Part shown: one piece after another, positions 17,268 through 26,462 of the stretch | Layout of the letters: the number at the start of each line of letters is the position of its first letter | Position numbering within the stretch: position 1 is the first letter of the stretch | Source: Thermoproteota archaeon | Lineage (GTDB): Archaea; Korarchaeota; Korarchaeia; Korarchaeales; Korarchaeaceae | Direction: 5' to 3' | Assembly: GCA_026986575.1 (NCBI GenBank) | Contig: JALSOH010000004.1 | Location: 672,001 to 736,000 of the forward strand | Length of the DNA stretch: 64,000 nt | Made by a program: the position numbers and the translations under genes | Notes under the pieces: generated by a model | Seen by the model: the letters and a program-made list of their open reading frames with translations, nothing else | Databases searched by the model: none | Told to the model about the DNA's origin: nothing

Positions 17268-18642
17268 CCTCTGGATCTGGAGCGACGGGCTCGGGCCAGT
17301 CCCTCCCTATCTCCTCCCTCAGCTTCCTAGTCGCATCAACTACCATCTTGCCTCCCATCCTAGGAGCGACGCTGGCATGATCGAGCTCGTCGGCGACGGC
17401 GTTTTCCACGATCTGCACATCCCTCTGGGGATCCACGGTCGAGGCCACCGCGTACATCACCTGATTCAGGTCGTGCACATTCACATCGTGATCCACCACC
17501 ACTATCATCTTAGTCAGGGAGAACTGTCCCAAACCTAGGAGACCCATCGCCACCTGCTTGGCATGGCCGGGGTACCTCTTCCTGATGGACACGATAGCCA
17601 GCCCGTGGAAGAGCCCGTACTCCGGCAGATTAAGGTCCACCACCTCAGGCATGAGCATCCTCACGAAGGGCAGGAAGGTCCTCTCCACGGCCTTGCCCAG
17701 AACGGCGTCCTCGAGCCAGGGGTAGCCCACCACGGTGGCGTGAAATATCGGATCCTCCCTCGTGTAAATCCTCCTTACTCTGAAGACCGGGAAGGGAGCC
17801 GGGGGAGTGTAGTAGCCCATGTGATCCCCGAAGGGTCCTTCTATGCGGGTCTCGCCCGGCGGAACAGTACCCTCCATTACCAGCTCGGCTGAGGAGGGGA
17901 TCAAGAGCCCGCTCTCTCCCTTAGCTACCCCTATCGACCTCCCAGCCATGACTCCAGCGAAGAGGTAGCTGTCTATCCCCTCAGGCACGGGCGCCACGGC
18001 CGCGAAGGCTACGGCCGGATCAACGCCGACAGCTACAGCTACAGGCATCTCCTCACCGTACTTATCGTAGTAGGCGGCCCCCCTCTTGTGTATGTGCCAA
18101 TGCATTCCCGTAACATCCTTTCCCATTATCTGCATCCTGTAGACCCCGAAGTGGTATATTCCCGTCTCAGGATCCCTCGTAATGACGATAGGAAAGGTGA
18201 AGAATCTCCCCGCGTCCTTCGGCCATGTCCTAATCGCTGGCACCTTATTCAAGTCGGGCTCGTCCCACTCATTGTCCTTCCACAGGGCTTTGGACATCTT
18301 AGGTAGGTACCTGCCGAAGCTAGCGGCTTCCCTCAGGGTCCTAACTTTCTCCCCCAAGGTGAGAGGGGGCGGGCCCTTAGTGAGCCTAGTGAACCTCTCG
18401 CCGGCCTCCTCCAGCTTCTCTACCCCCAGAGCCAGCTTCACCCTCTCCATCTTAGAGAACAGGTTGCCAGTGAGTCTCCAACCCTCGAAACCCTCAATGT
18501 TCTCGAAGAGAAGTGCTGGTCCGCCTCGCGCGACCCTCCTCAGGATCTCCGCTATCTCCAGCTCCACGCTGACCGGAGCTCTCACCCTCCTTAGCTCTCC
18601 TCTACTCTCAAGCTCCTCTAGGAAGCTCCTGAGATCCTCCAA
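17224..18642 (-). CDS. ubiD: UbiD-family decarboxylase (MqnL-like)
   Basis: DLRSFL..LE..GEL, WPKDAGRF, GVYRMQ, EGPFGDHMGYY, LDHAS, DATRK. Confidence 0.93.
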   Translation of the reverse strand: MEDLRSFLEELESRGELRRVRAPVSVELEIAEILRRVARGGPALLFENIEGFEGWRLTGNLFSKMERVKLALGVEKLEEAGERFTRLTKGPPPLTLGEKVRTLREAASFGRYLPKMSKALWKDNEWDEPDLNKVPAIRTWPKDAGRFFTFPIVITRDPETGIYHFGVYRMQIMGKDVTGMHWHIHKRGAAYYDKYGEEMPVAVAVGVDPAVAFAAVAPVPEGIDSYLFAGVMAGRSIGVAKGESGLLIPSSAELVMEGTVPPGETRIEGPFGDHMGYYTPPAPFPVFRVRRIYTREDPIFHATVVGYPWLEDAVLGKAVERTFLPFVRMLMPEVVDLNLPEYGLFHGLAIVSIRKRYPGHAKQVAMGLLGLGQFSLTKMIVVVDHDVNVHDLNQVMYAVASTVDPQRDVQIVENAVADELDHASVAPRMGGKMVVDATRKLREEIGRDWPEPVAPDPEVARRVDERWSELGI

Positions 18643-18664
18643 CTTTCACTCCCACGGAGTAATC

Positions 18665-19171
18665 TCACGTTAAATTAAGTGTTTGCCGATCCTCACCTTC
18701 AGCTCTCAACTTCCTCCTCAGGAGTATCTTGGCCATCTTGCTCAAATTCCACCTCCCATGTCTGCTGTAGAGGACGTAGTCCTCCCTGCTCAATTCCCTC
18801 AAGAAGGATGTTATCAGGGAATCTACGTTTATCCTGTCTATCAGCACCCTGTAGCCTAGGGCCAGTCCTGAGAGGAATGTCCCTGGAGAGAGGTTATCCC
18901 TAAAATCGCTTAAACCCATTACATGAACATCGAGAGGGGGGAGACCCATCCTAAGGGCCCGTGAGGATATCTTGTATTCGAGCTCAACCTTTTCCCTGGG
19001 TCTTAACGATCCTCTTACTACTATCAAGAGATCAACATCCTTGGCATCCTTCCAGTAGATGGAACTTCCGAACACAAGTGCCGCTAGGACCCTATCTCCC
19101 AATATTTCCAGCACGAGGTCCTTCAAATCCTCATAGAATTCCCTTCTCCTCGAGATACCTCCTCGCAACAT
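18665..19171 (-). CDS. Minimal nucleotidyltransferase (MNT) domain protein
   Basis: VFGSS....KDVDLLIVV; coupled to the HEPN gene. Confidence 0.8.
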   Translation of the reverse strand: MLRGGISRRREFYEDLKDLVLEILGDRVLAALVFGSSIYWKDAKDVDLLIVVRGSLRPREKVELEYKISSRALRMGLPPLDVHVMGLSDFRDNLSPGTFLSGLALGYRVLIDRINVDSLITSFLRELSREDYVLYSRHGRWNLSKMAKILLRRKLRAEGEDRQTLNLT

Positions 19172-19583
19172 CTAATACCCCCCTAGCTCTCTTGAGAGCC
19201 TCTTCAGCCACCTCCTTATCGATGAACTCGTCGGGTGACACGACCTCACCTCTGAGGAGGAACGGATACCTGCTTCTAGTATAGTACTCAGTGAACCACC
19301 CGATTACATCCAGAACCATGTCGAATTCATCCCTCCACTCATCCGAGAATGCGTCTGAGAATGCGGTCCCCAGCATAGGCCCGTGATTGTACACGTACTT
19401 CCTCTTGGCCTCGATCATAGCTTTCACAGCCTTCTCAACGCACTGTTGTAGGTGGAAGACTGACTCGGAGTAGTCTTCGAACTCAATTGATCTTAAGGCT
19501 CTTTTAAGGTCTTTCTCCGCTTCCTCGAAGTACTTTCTGGCGAACTTCTCGTAGAATACCAAATGTATCCCTTCCCTCACCAA
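19131..19583 (-). CDS. HEPN domain protein
   Basis: AEKDLKRA, FHLQQCVEKAVKA, YNH, YTRSRYP. Confidence 0.88.
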   Translation of the reverse strand: MVREGIHLVFYEKFARKYFEEAEKDLKRALRSIEFEDYSESVFHLQQCVEKAVKAMIEAKRKYVYNHGPMLGTAFSDAFSDEWRDEFDMVLDVIGWFTEYYTRSRYPFLLRGEVVSPDEFIDKEVAEEALKRARGVLDVARRYLEEKGIL

Positions 19584-19668
19584 GTTCGCTTCAAACTTAT
19601 AGTTGTCGCGCTAGAGGGGACGCCGCTATCATTTTTTTTTATGGTGGAGAGGGGGAGGCGGGGAGAAC

Positions 19669-20568
19669 ATGAGAAGGCTCCTCTACTTGCTAGCCCTCAT
19701 CGTGATCGTCTTGATAGCCTACGCTCTGATACCCAAGCAGCGGAGCCCCGTCACAGCTGCCACCATACAGGGGGGGATCAGCACACTCGATCTGATGGAG
19801 GGCAAGGCCGAGTGGCTCAAGGTGATGAGGTTCGACAAGCCCTTGGATGTGGCCCAAGCCCTGTCAAAGGGCGAGGTCGATGTGGCCGTCATAACCTCGG
19901 AGATGTACGCGAAGTTCGCCCTCTCCTCCAAGAGGGAGCTGAAGATAATCGCCGCTGAGATGCTGCAGAATCAGGCGGTGGTAGGGGTGAGTGACCTGAA
20001 GGACCTGGAGGGTAAGAGGGTGGGCGCCACAACGGCCAGCGGGACCTACGCGATGTTTCAGGCGTACACGAGGCTAGCGGGTGTGAAGGGATATGAGGTG
20101 GTGGACATGCCCCCACCCCAGTTAGTGGCCGCGCTCGGCAGGGGCGACATAGATGCGGCGGTGGTCTGGGAGCCCATGGCCTCCAAGCTCATCGCCAAGG
20201 GCTACGAGCACATAGATTTCGTTGACCTCGCTGAGAGGTATGTGGGTAAACAGCCGGTGATGCTGGTGTGGGTCGCCACGGAGGACTTCCTGAGGAGGCC
20301 CGACGATGTGAAGGCCTTCCTCGAGCTGAGGGAGAAGGCGGCTCAACGGTGGGATGAGGAAGCCCCTTCAATCCTCAAGAAACTCTATGGCCTGAACGAC
20401 GATGAGGTAAGCACGCTGATGGCGAGAGTGAGGCTGTGGACTGGCGGTCTAGAGGGGGCGAGGGAGGGCATAATCTCCGCTTGGGAACTGGCTCGTCAGG
20501 GAAGATACCTGAAGGTAAGCGAGGATGCTCTAAAGGAGCTCGCATCTAAGGCCTTCTGGGGAGGATGA
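19669..20568 (+). CDS. ABC substrate-binding protein, NMT1/SsuA/TauA-like
   Basis: N-terminal TM; ALSKGEVDVA, LKDLEGKRVG, ALGRGDIDAAVVWEP. Confidence 0.85.
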   Translation: MRRLLYLLALIVIVLIAYALIPKQRSPVTAATIQGGISTLDLMEGKAEWLKVMRFDKPLDVAQALSKGEVDVAVITSEMYAKFALSSKRELKIIAAEMLQNQAVVGVSDLKDLEGKRVGATTASGTYAMFQAYTRLAGVKGYEVVDMPPPQLVAALGRGDIDAAVVWEPMASKLIAKGYEHIDFVDLAERYVGKQPVMLVWVATEDFLRRPDDVKAFLELREKAAQRWDEEAPSILKKLYGLNDDEVSTLMARVRLWTGGLEGAREGIISAWELARQGRYLKVSEDALKELASKAFWGG

Positions 20569-20649
20569 TCTCCCGACCCTCTCCTCTTTCCCGACCAAAT
20601 CCTTAAGAGCCTTCTCGATGGTTGCCCCGTTGGTGAGAGGTCAGACACC

Positions 20650-21420
20650 ATGACTCAGGGAAGGAAGGAGGCCGACAAGGGACGGGAAATCGCTTTCAGG
20701 ACCGGCAGGATACTCGCCGGCCTCTTCGTCTTGGCGATATGGATCTCAGCATCGACGACGGGCATGCTCCCCGGCCCCGCGGAGGTGCTGGCATACCTCC
20801 TCAGCATGAAGCTGGAAGATATTGTGCCTCAGGTGCTCAAGACACTGTACAACAGCATTACCGGATTCTCCCTGTCGTTTTTGGCCTCCATGGTGCTGGG
20901 TCTCCTCTCCCACAAGCTTTCCTTGGTCAAGGGATTCTCGGAGGCCCTCTCCGAGATATTCAACAGCACCTCCGCATTAGTCTGGTCCCTAGTCCTAGTG
21001 GCCACCTTGGGTGTGTTGAGCCCTCTCCCGCCAATACTGGTCGTTGCAGCCGTGACACTCCCCCACGTACTCACAGCTACAGTATCGGCTCTGTCCTCGG
21101 CGGATCCGGGCCTGCTGGAGGCCGTTAGATCGGTAGGAGCCAAGCCCTCTGACGAATTCTTCGAGGTGATCCTACCCAGCTCCGTTCCCCTCTTGGCCTC
21201 GGCATCTAGGGTCGGGTTGGGGACCGCCCTGAGGATAAGCGTCGTGGCCGAGGCCTTTGGATCGAGCGGCGGGGTGGGCTACATGATAATCAGGAGCTAC
21301 AACCTGGCTGACGCCTCGGGGGTACTGGCTTGGTCCATCGTGCTAATCGCTCTGGTCTTGGGACTGGATCAACTGGTCCTCAAACCCCTAGAGAGGAGGG
21401 CTAAGAGATGGCTAGAGTGA
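20650..21420 (+). CDS. ABC permease (SsuC/TauC-like)
   Basis: LPGPAEV, EAVRSVGA, VVAEAFGSSGGVGY. Confidence 0.85.
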   Translation: MTQGRKEADKGREIAFRTGRILAGLFVLAIWISASTTGMLPGPAEVLAYLLSMKLEDIVPQVLKTLYNSITGFSLSFLASMVLGLLSHKLSLVKGFSEALSEIFNSTSALVWSLVLVATLGVLSPLPPILVVAAVTLPHVLTATVSALSSADPGLLEAVRSVGAKPSDEFFEVILPSSVPLLASASRVGLGTALRISVVAEAFGSSGGVGYMIIRSYNLADASGVLAWSIVLIALVLGLDQLVLKPLERRAKRWLE

Positions 21421-22121
21421 TGCTGGACGTCTCCTCGGTATATAAGAGCTTCTCAGAACCTGTCCTAGTTGATATAAGCCTTCACCTGAATGGAGGCGAG
21501 GTCTTAGGGGTCGTGGGACCTAATGGATGCGGGAAGACGACCCTCCTGAGGATAATGGCGGGACTGGAGTTTCCCGATAGGGGAAGCGTCAGGAGGGAAG
21601 GGAAGGTCGGCATCGTGTTTCAGGAGGACAGGCTTCTTCCCTGGAAGACCCTATGGGAGAACGTGGCCTTGGGGCTGAAGTACCACGGGATGAGGGGGGA
21701 GGAACTAACCAAGAGGATCAGGGAGTACTCGAGCATGGTGGGACTCACCGACTCCGACCTTTCACTCCACCCTAGGAAGGCCAGCGGCGGCACTAGAAGG
21801 AAGGCAGCCCTAGTCAGGGCCCTCGTCCTCGAGCCGGAGATACTCCTTTTGGATGAACCCTTCACCGGACTTGATGTCAAGGCTAGGGCCTCCTTGAGGG
21901 AAGCTCTCAAGTGGATCTGGGACGAGTACGGACTCTCGACGGTGATCGTCTCCCATCAACTGGAGGAGCTGCTGCCCTTGGCCGATAGGGTCTACGTGCT
22001 AACTCCAAAACCAGCCAGAGTAGCTGAGGAGATAGATCTGAGGGGCATGGATTTAGAGAGGAGGCTGGAGAGGGTGAAGGAAGCCCTCCTCCACATACTA
22101 TCGAGAGCCGGTTCGGATTAG
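21408..22121 (+). CDS. ABC ATP-binding protein (SsuB/TauB-like)
   Basis: GPNGCGKTT, VFQEDRLLPW, LLLDEPF, SH. Confidence 0.9.
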   Translation: MARVMLDVSSVYKSFSEPVLVDISLHLNGGEVLGVVGPNGCGKTTLLRIMAGLEFPDRGSVRREGKVGIVFQEDRLLPWKTLWENVALGLKYHGMRGEELTKRIREYSSMVGLTDSDLSLHPRKASGGTRRKAALVRALVLEPEILLLDEPFTGLDVKARASLREALKWIWDEYGLSTVIVSHQLEELLPLADRVYVLTPKPARVAEEIDLRGMDLERRLERVKEALLHILSRAGSD

Positions 22122-22859
22122 CTTGGCCCTCAGGAACCACCAGATCATTGGGATGAGGGCTATAGCGGCCATCCCAATTCCACTGGCCATGAACTGGGAG
22201 GCACCTCCCTCGAAGGTTATGTAGGCTCCGCATACGTCCATCACCGCGTGCAGTATGGAAGGGCCAGTTATGTTCCATCCGAAGTAGTAATAGCCAGCCA
22301 GCACCATCCCGGCAAAGAAGACCGATAGCAGGTGCATGGCCACATCCCAGGGACCATACTTGGCAACTAGGAGGTCTATCGGAAGGTGGCTAAGGGCGAA
22401 TAGGAGGGAGCTAATCGAGGCAGCTCTCCAGAACCTCCACCTCCCCCCTAAATCCGAGGCCACCATGGAGAAGTAGTACCCCCTGTCCACCAGCTCCTCC
22501 GCCGGGCCCACGACGAGAAAGAGGTGGAAGGTACCCAATAGATTGAGCCTGGGCTCACCGCCCATAGCCAAGTGCACCGAGAGCAGGATGAGCGATCCTA
22601 GGACGGCAAGCGAGATTGACTCGCCTATACCCCTTCTGGAGATGCCAACATCCTCCCAAGAATCACCGAACCTCCTCAGGAATAGGTAGACGAGCCCGAA
22701 GGAGACTACAAGCTTGACCACGGATTCCACGAGCAAGGGGAGTGACTCTGGAGTCAGAACCCCCCAACCGAGCATCCCCGTAACATAGCGGTACGGGGTC
22801 CATATTAGGATAAATGCAACGAAGAGTTCCAGCGACTTGACGAGGCCCTTCCTCCTCAC
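22098..22859 (-). CDS. CPBP (CAAX-protease-like) intramembrane metalloprotease
   Basis: EELVDRG, FALSH, ILHAVMD; multiple TMs. Confidence 0.85.
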   Translation of the reverse strand: MRRKGLVKSLELFVAFILIWTPYRYVTGMLGWGVLTPESLPLLVESVVKLVVSFGLVYLFLRRFGDSWEDVGISRRGIGESISLAVLGSLILLSVHLAMGGEPRLNLLGTFHLFLVVGPAEELVDRGYYFSMVASDLGGRWRFWRAASISSLLFALSHLPIDLLVAKYGPWDVAMHLLSVFFAGMVLAGYYYFGWNITGPSILHAVMDVCGAYITFEGGASQFMASGIGMAAIALIPMIWWFLRAKLIRTGSR

Positions 22860-23058
22860 TAGAACACCGGGGAATTCAATGGCACCATATTAAAACTGAT
22901 TTGACGGATTTGTCATAACTGGAGACAGGCATTTCAAAGGGCTGGATAGGGTCATCTGGATAGGGGAATAGCCCCCAAGCTGGTCCCGACTTATCAGCTG
23001 AATGAGCTGCCCATAACCAGAATTAATTTAGACCTACCAATAGAACTCGATCTTCGAC

Positions 23059-24402
23059 ATGAGGGTCTTCGGGACATCGGGATTCAGGGGATACGTTAAC
23101 GAGAAGCTTAATCCTCTGAATGTGATTAAGTTAGCTTTAGCCTTCTCCTCATTCCTATCGGATGGCAGGATAGCGGTTGGAAGGGACGCTAGGCTGGGCA
23201 ATAGGATCATCCATCCGACCTTCGTGTCCGGCCTCCTCGCGGGTGGTAGCGACGTTATAGACTTCGGTCTCACATCGACCCCCGCCCTGCTCCACGGAAT
23301 GAGGGAGAGGAGCGAAGGAGCCGCCATGATAACGGGATCCCACACTCCCCCGGATATACATGGAATCCTCCTCTTCAGGAGGGATACGGCGGAGATCTTC
23401 GGAGATGAAGAGAGGGAGATAGAGGAGATATTCGAGAGGGAGAGGTTCCATCTAGCTTCGTTAGATAATTTAGGCAAATTAGAGAATGGAGATGCCCTTA
23501 CCAGATACAGGGAGGATGTGAGGAGGGAGTTTCCTACTCTAAGGGGAAGGGTAGTCTTGGATGCCGGTCATTCCCCTGCAGTCAGGGACTTCCTCTACAT
23601 ACTCGACGATTTGGAGATGAAAGTTCTGCACGGGGAGGTGAGGGGGGACTTCCCCAACAGACCGCCTGAACCGGATCAGAAATCGCTGGAACTACTGGGA
23701 AAGATCGTCAGGGACGAGGGCGCGACGTTCGGCCTGTCCCTAGACGGGGATGGAGATAGAGCTATATTCGTCGACGAGAAGGGTGATGTAGTCCCTCCTG
23801 ACAGGCTCGGAATCCTGTTCGCCTTGGAGGAGGCTAGAGAGAGGGGCATAAGGAAGGTAGCATGTCCCGTCAACACGACCGGCGCAGTCGAGGCCCTGAG
23901 GGAGCATGGGATCGAGATCGTCTACACCAAGGTGGGACCGCCAGCCATGGCCGAGGCGATACTCAGGAAGGGAGCGGGTTTCGCGTTCGAGGAATCTGGG
24001 AAATATATCTGGCCGGGGAATATCCTTTACGGGGATCCGGTCTACGCCACCGCAAAGCTACTGCAGGTATTGGATGGAATGTCCCTCTCGGAATCGCTCT
24101 CATGGATACCCGAGAGGTACACTAAGAAGGGCGCGATCCCTTGCCCAGATCACCTGAAGGAAAAGTTACTTTTCAAGATTGAGACGTTGATCGAGCCGCT
24201 TGGAGATCTAATCAAGATAGATGGCGTGAAGGTGCTCTTGGACGATGGAAGCTGGATGCTCTTCAGGCCCTCAGGAACTGAACCTGTATTCAGATATCAT
24301 GTGGACGCGCCTACTAAGGAGAAGGCACTTGAGCTCGAGAGAAAGGCTCTGTCGCTGATCAGGAGTGCGGGGAAAACTGCAGGACTTGAGAACCTTAATT
24401 AA
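23059..24402 (+). CDS. Phosphohexomutase (PGM/PMM/GlmM family)
   Basis: FGTSGFRG, TGSHTP, DGDGDR, FEESG, RPSGTEP. Confidence 0.9.
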   Translation: MRVFGTSGFRGYVNEKLNPLNVIKLALAFSSFLSDGRIAVGRDARLGNRIIHPTFVSGLLAGGSDVIDFGLTSTPALLHGMRERSEGAAMITGSHTPPDIHGILLFRRDTAEIFGDEEREIEEIFERERFHLASLDNLGKLENGDALTRYREDVRREFPTLRGRVVLDAGHSPAVRDFLYILDDLEMKVLHGEVRGDFPNRPPEPDQKSLELLGKIVRDEGATFGLSLDGDGDRAIFVDEKGDVVPPDRLGILFALEEARERGIRKVACPVNTTGAVEALREHGIEIVYTKVGPPAMAEAILRKGAGFAFEESGKYIWPGNILYGDPVYATAKLLQVLDGMSLSESLSWIPERYTKKGAIPCPDHLKEKLLFKIETLIEPLGDLIKIDGVKVLLDDGSWMLFRPSGTEPVFRYHVDAPTKEKALELERKALSLIRSAGKTAGLENLN

Positions 24403-24423
24403 GATCCAGTAGCCCTTAACCCG

Positions 24424-26220
24424 GTGGTCTGCTTGAAGGGTTACGGCCTAATACAATGGGTCGATCTCTCATCGGGTGATCAAAGACGTGAACCCGTCCC
24501 TGATGATCTGGCTCTTAAATTCATAGGTGGCAAGGGTCTCGGAGCAAAGTTGCTTTACGATATGACCGATGAGAGGACCGACCCGCTTAGCCCCGACAAC
24601 CCTCTCATATTCGCCATAGGTCCCTTCACCGGAACTGCCGTTCCATACTCCGGTAAAGGAACATTTATCTTCAGATCTCCCCAGACGGGGATCATAGGAG
24701 AGTCCGTCGTTGGAGGCACCTTCGGAGCCGCCTTCAGATGGGTGGGCTACACCGCACTGGTGATAACGGGCAGAGCGGAGAAGCCCGTTTACTTGGTTGT
24801 GAGGGAAGACGGTGTAGAGGTTAAGGATGCCAGCCATCTCTGGGGGAAGACCATCTATGAAACTGAGGAGACCCTCAAGAAGGAATACGGACGCAGCTCC
24901 GTAGCATCAATAGGCCCTGCCGGAGAGAACTTGGTGAAGTACGCGGTGATAGGTAATGAGAAGTGGAGGCAGGCCGGTAGGACAGGTGGCGGGGCCGTTA
25001 TGGGATCGAAGAAGCTCAAAGCCATAGTTATCGACTACGACACCATGAAGTGGGACGCAGCGGACCCGGACGGCGTGAGGAAGTATACCTCAGAGGAGAT
25101 AATACCCAGGGCTAGGGAGGAGCTGAAATCATACTTCGAGAAGGGAACGACGGGTTTAGTTGAGCTAGCTAACGAGTGGGGGTTCTTCCCCAGCTACTAC
25201 TGGTCGAAGGGCAGCGTAGAGGGATGGGACAGGATAGCCTGGGAGGCAATTGAGAGGGAAGTATTCGTACATGCAAAGGGATGCTTCGGCTGCCCGACCC
25301 CCTGCGGGAGGTACAGCAGGGTGAAGGAGGGGAAGTATGCAGGAAGCGAGGTGGAAGTGGAATACGAGACCGTTTACTCGATAGGCGGCCTAGCTGCCGT
25401 CACAGACATAAAGGCCATAGTGTGGCTGAACGACCTTATCGACGGGCTGGGCATGGACACCATCACGATAGGCAACATATTCGGCTTCGCAATTGAGGCG
25501 TACAAGAGGGGCAAGCTCGATCCCGGCTTCAAGCTCGATTACAGTGAGCCGGAATCCCTGTACGAGCTCACCAAGATGATAGCCGAAAGGAGAGGGGTGG
25601 GAGACCTGCTAGCGGAAGGAGTAAGGGCTGCCGCTGAGAAATTAGGCCTCCAAGATCTGGCGATACATGTTAAGGGGTTGGAGCCCGCGGGCTACGATCC
25701 CAGAACCTTGAAGAGCATGATCCTCAGCTACGGAGTCTCCTCTAGGGGCGCCTGTCACCTCAGGCTTACCGGCTACTTCGCCGACATAAAGGGACTTGGA
25801 GGGGACAGGAAATCCGTCACGAAGGAGAAGACGGAGGTGCTAGCGGATCTCGAGGAGAAGGGCGTATTAGAGGATTCCTTCGTGATATGCAAGTTCACCA
25901 GAACCCTGATAGATTGGGAGCAGATGGCCAAATACTACACACTCATAACCGGGAGGGAGACAAGCATAACTGACCTGAAAACCGCTGCCAGGCGCATAAT
26001 AAACTTGGTGAGGATGTATAACGTGAAACTTGGCGTGAGGAGGAAGGACGACAGACTACCGAAGAGGCTGTTCAGGGAGTCCTTCATCCACGAGGGAGAG
26101 GAGAGGAAGATAACTGAGGAGGAGCAGGAGAGGTTCCTTGACTACTACTACGAGCTCAGGGGATGGGACAAGGACGGAGTTCCCAGAGAGGAGATCTTAA
26201 AGGAGTACGGCCTGATCTGA
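24424..26220 (+). CDS. aor: Tungsten-containing aldehyde:ferredoxin oxidoreductase family enzyme (TTG 24433 alternative start)
   Basis: IGGKGLG, SIGPAGENLV, AGRTGGGAVMGSKKLKA, CFGCPTPC, EYET, GMDTI, RGACH, YYELRGWD. Confidence 0.92.
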   Translation: MVCLKGYGLIQWVDLSSGDQRREPVPDDLALKFIGGKGLGAKLLYDMTDERTDPLSPDNPLIFAIGPFTGTAVPYSGKGTFIFRSPQTGIIGESVVGGTFGAAFRWVGYTALVITGRAEKPVYLVVREDGVEVKDASHLWGKTIYETEETLKKEYGRSSVASIGPAGENLVKYAVIGNEKWRQAGRTGGGAVMGSKKLKAIVIDYDTMKWDAADPDGVRKYTSEEIIPRAREELKSYFEKGTTGLVELANEWGFFPSYYWSKGSVEGWDRIAWEAIEREVFVHAKGCFGCPTPCGRYSRVKEGKYAGSEVEVEYETVYSIGGLAAVTDIKAIVWLNDLIDGLGMDTITIGNIFGFAIEAYKRGKLDPGFKLDYSEPESLYELTKMIAERRGVGDLLAEGVRAAAEKLGLQDLAIHVKGLEPAGYDPRTLKSMILSYGVSSRGACHLRLTGYFADIKGLGGDRKSVTKEKTEVLADLEEKGVLEDSFVICKFTRTLIDWEQMAKYYTLITGRETSITDLKTAARRIINLVRMYNVKLGVRRKDDRLPKRLFRESFIHEGEERKITEEEQERFLDYYYELRGWDKDGVPREEILKEYGLI

Positions 26221-26407
26221 TGATCCTTCCTCACCCTTTTTAATTCTTTAGAAGGTTTGGACATCCATCTCCGCCTCCACTGGGTTTCAGGTGGATAAGT
26301 TCGCAAACTGGTCACCATCGCCCGTGCCTATAATCCGTTCGTTCCGAAAAATCCGAAGCTCGATTCAACATAGCGCTTCTTTTAATTTTACCTATATAAA
26401 TCCCAGA

Positions 26408-26427
26408 CAAGCTTATATTAATCAGAT
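26408..26427 (+). promoter_or_regulatory. Promoter of first dpp operon (TATA + TCAGAT)
   Basis: CAAGCTTATATTAATCAGAT; near-identical element at 35488-35508 at the same distance from ATG. Confidence 0.55.
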
Positions 26428-26462
26428 CGGAGTGTTCCTTTGCCCCAAAAGGGGGTGTCACA

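Noticed and set aside
22942-22965. CTGGATAGGG direct repeat in the CPBP-phosphomutase gap
   Set aside because: Only two 10-bp copies; not a CRISPR or recognisable element
26255-26325. Fluoride riboswitch or C/D sRNA on the minus strand (GGCGATGGTGA...CTGA)
   Set aside because: No complementary CGCC stem or 3' pseudoknot; box spacing wrong for a C/D guide
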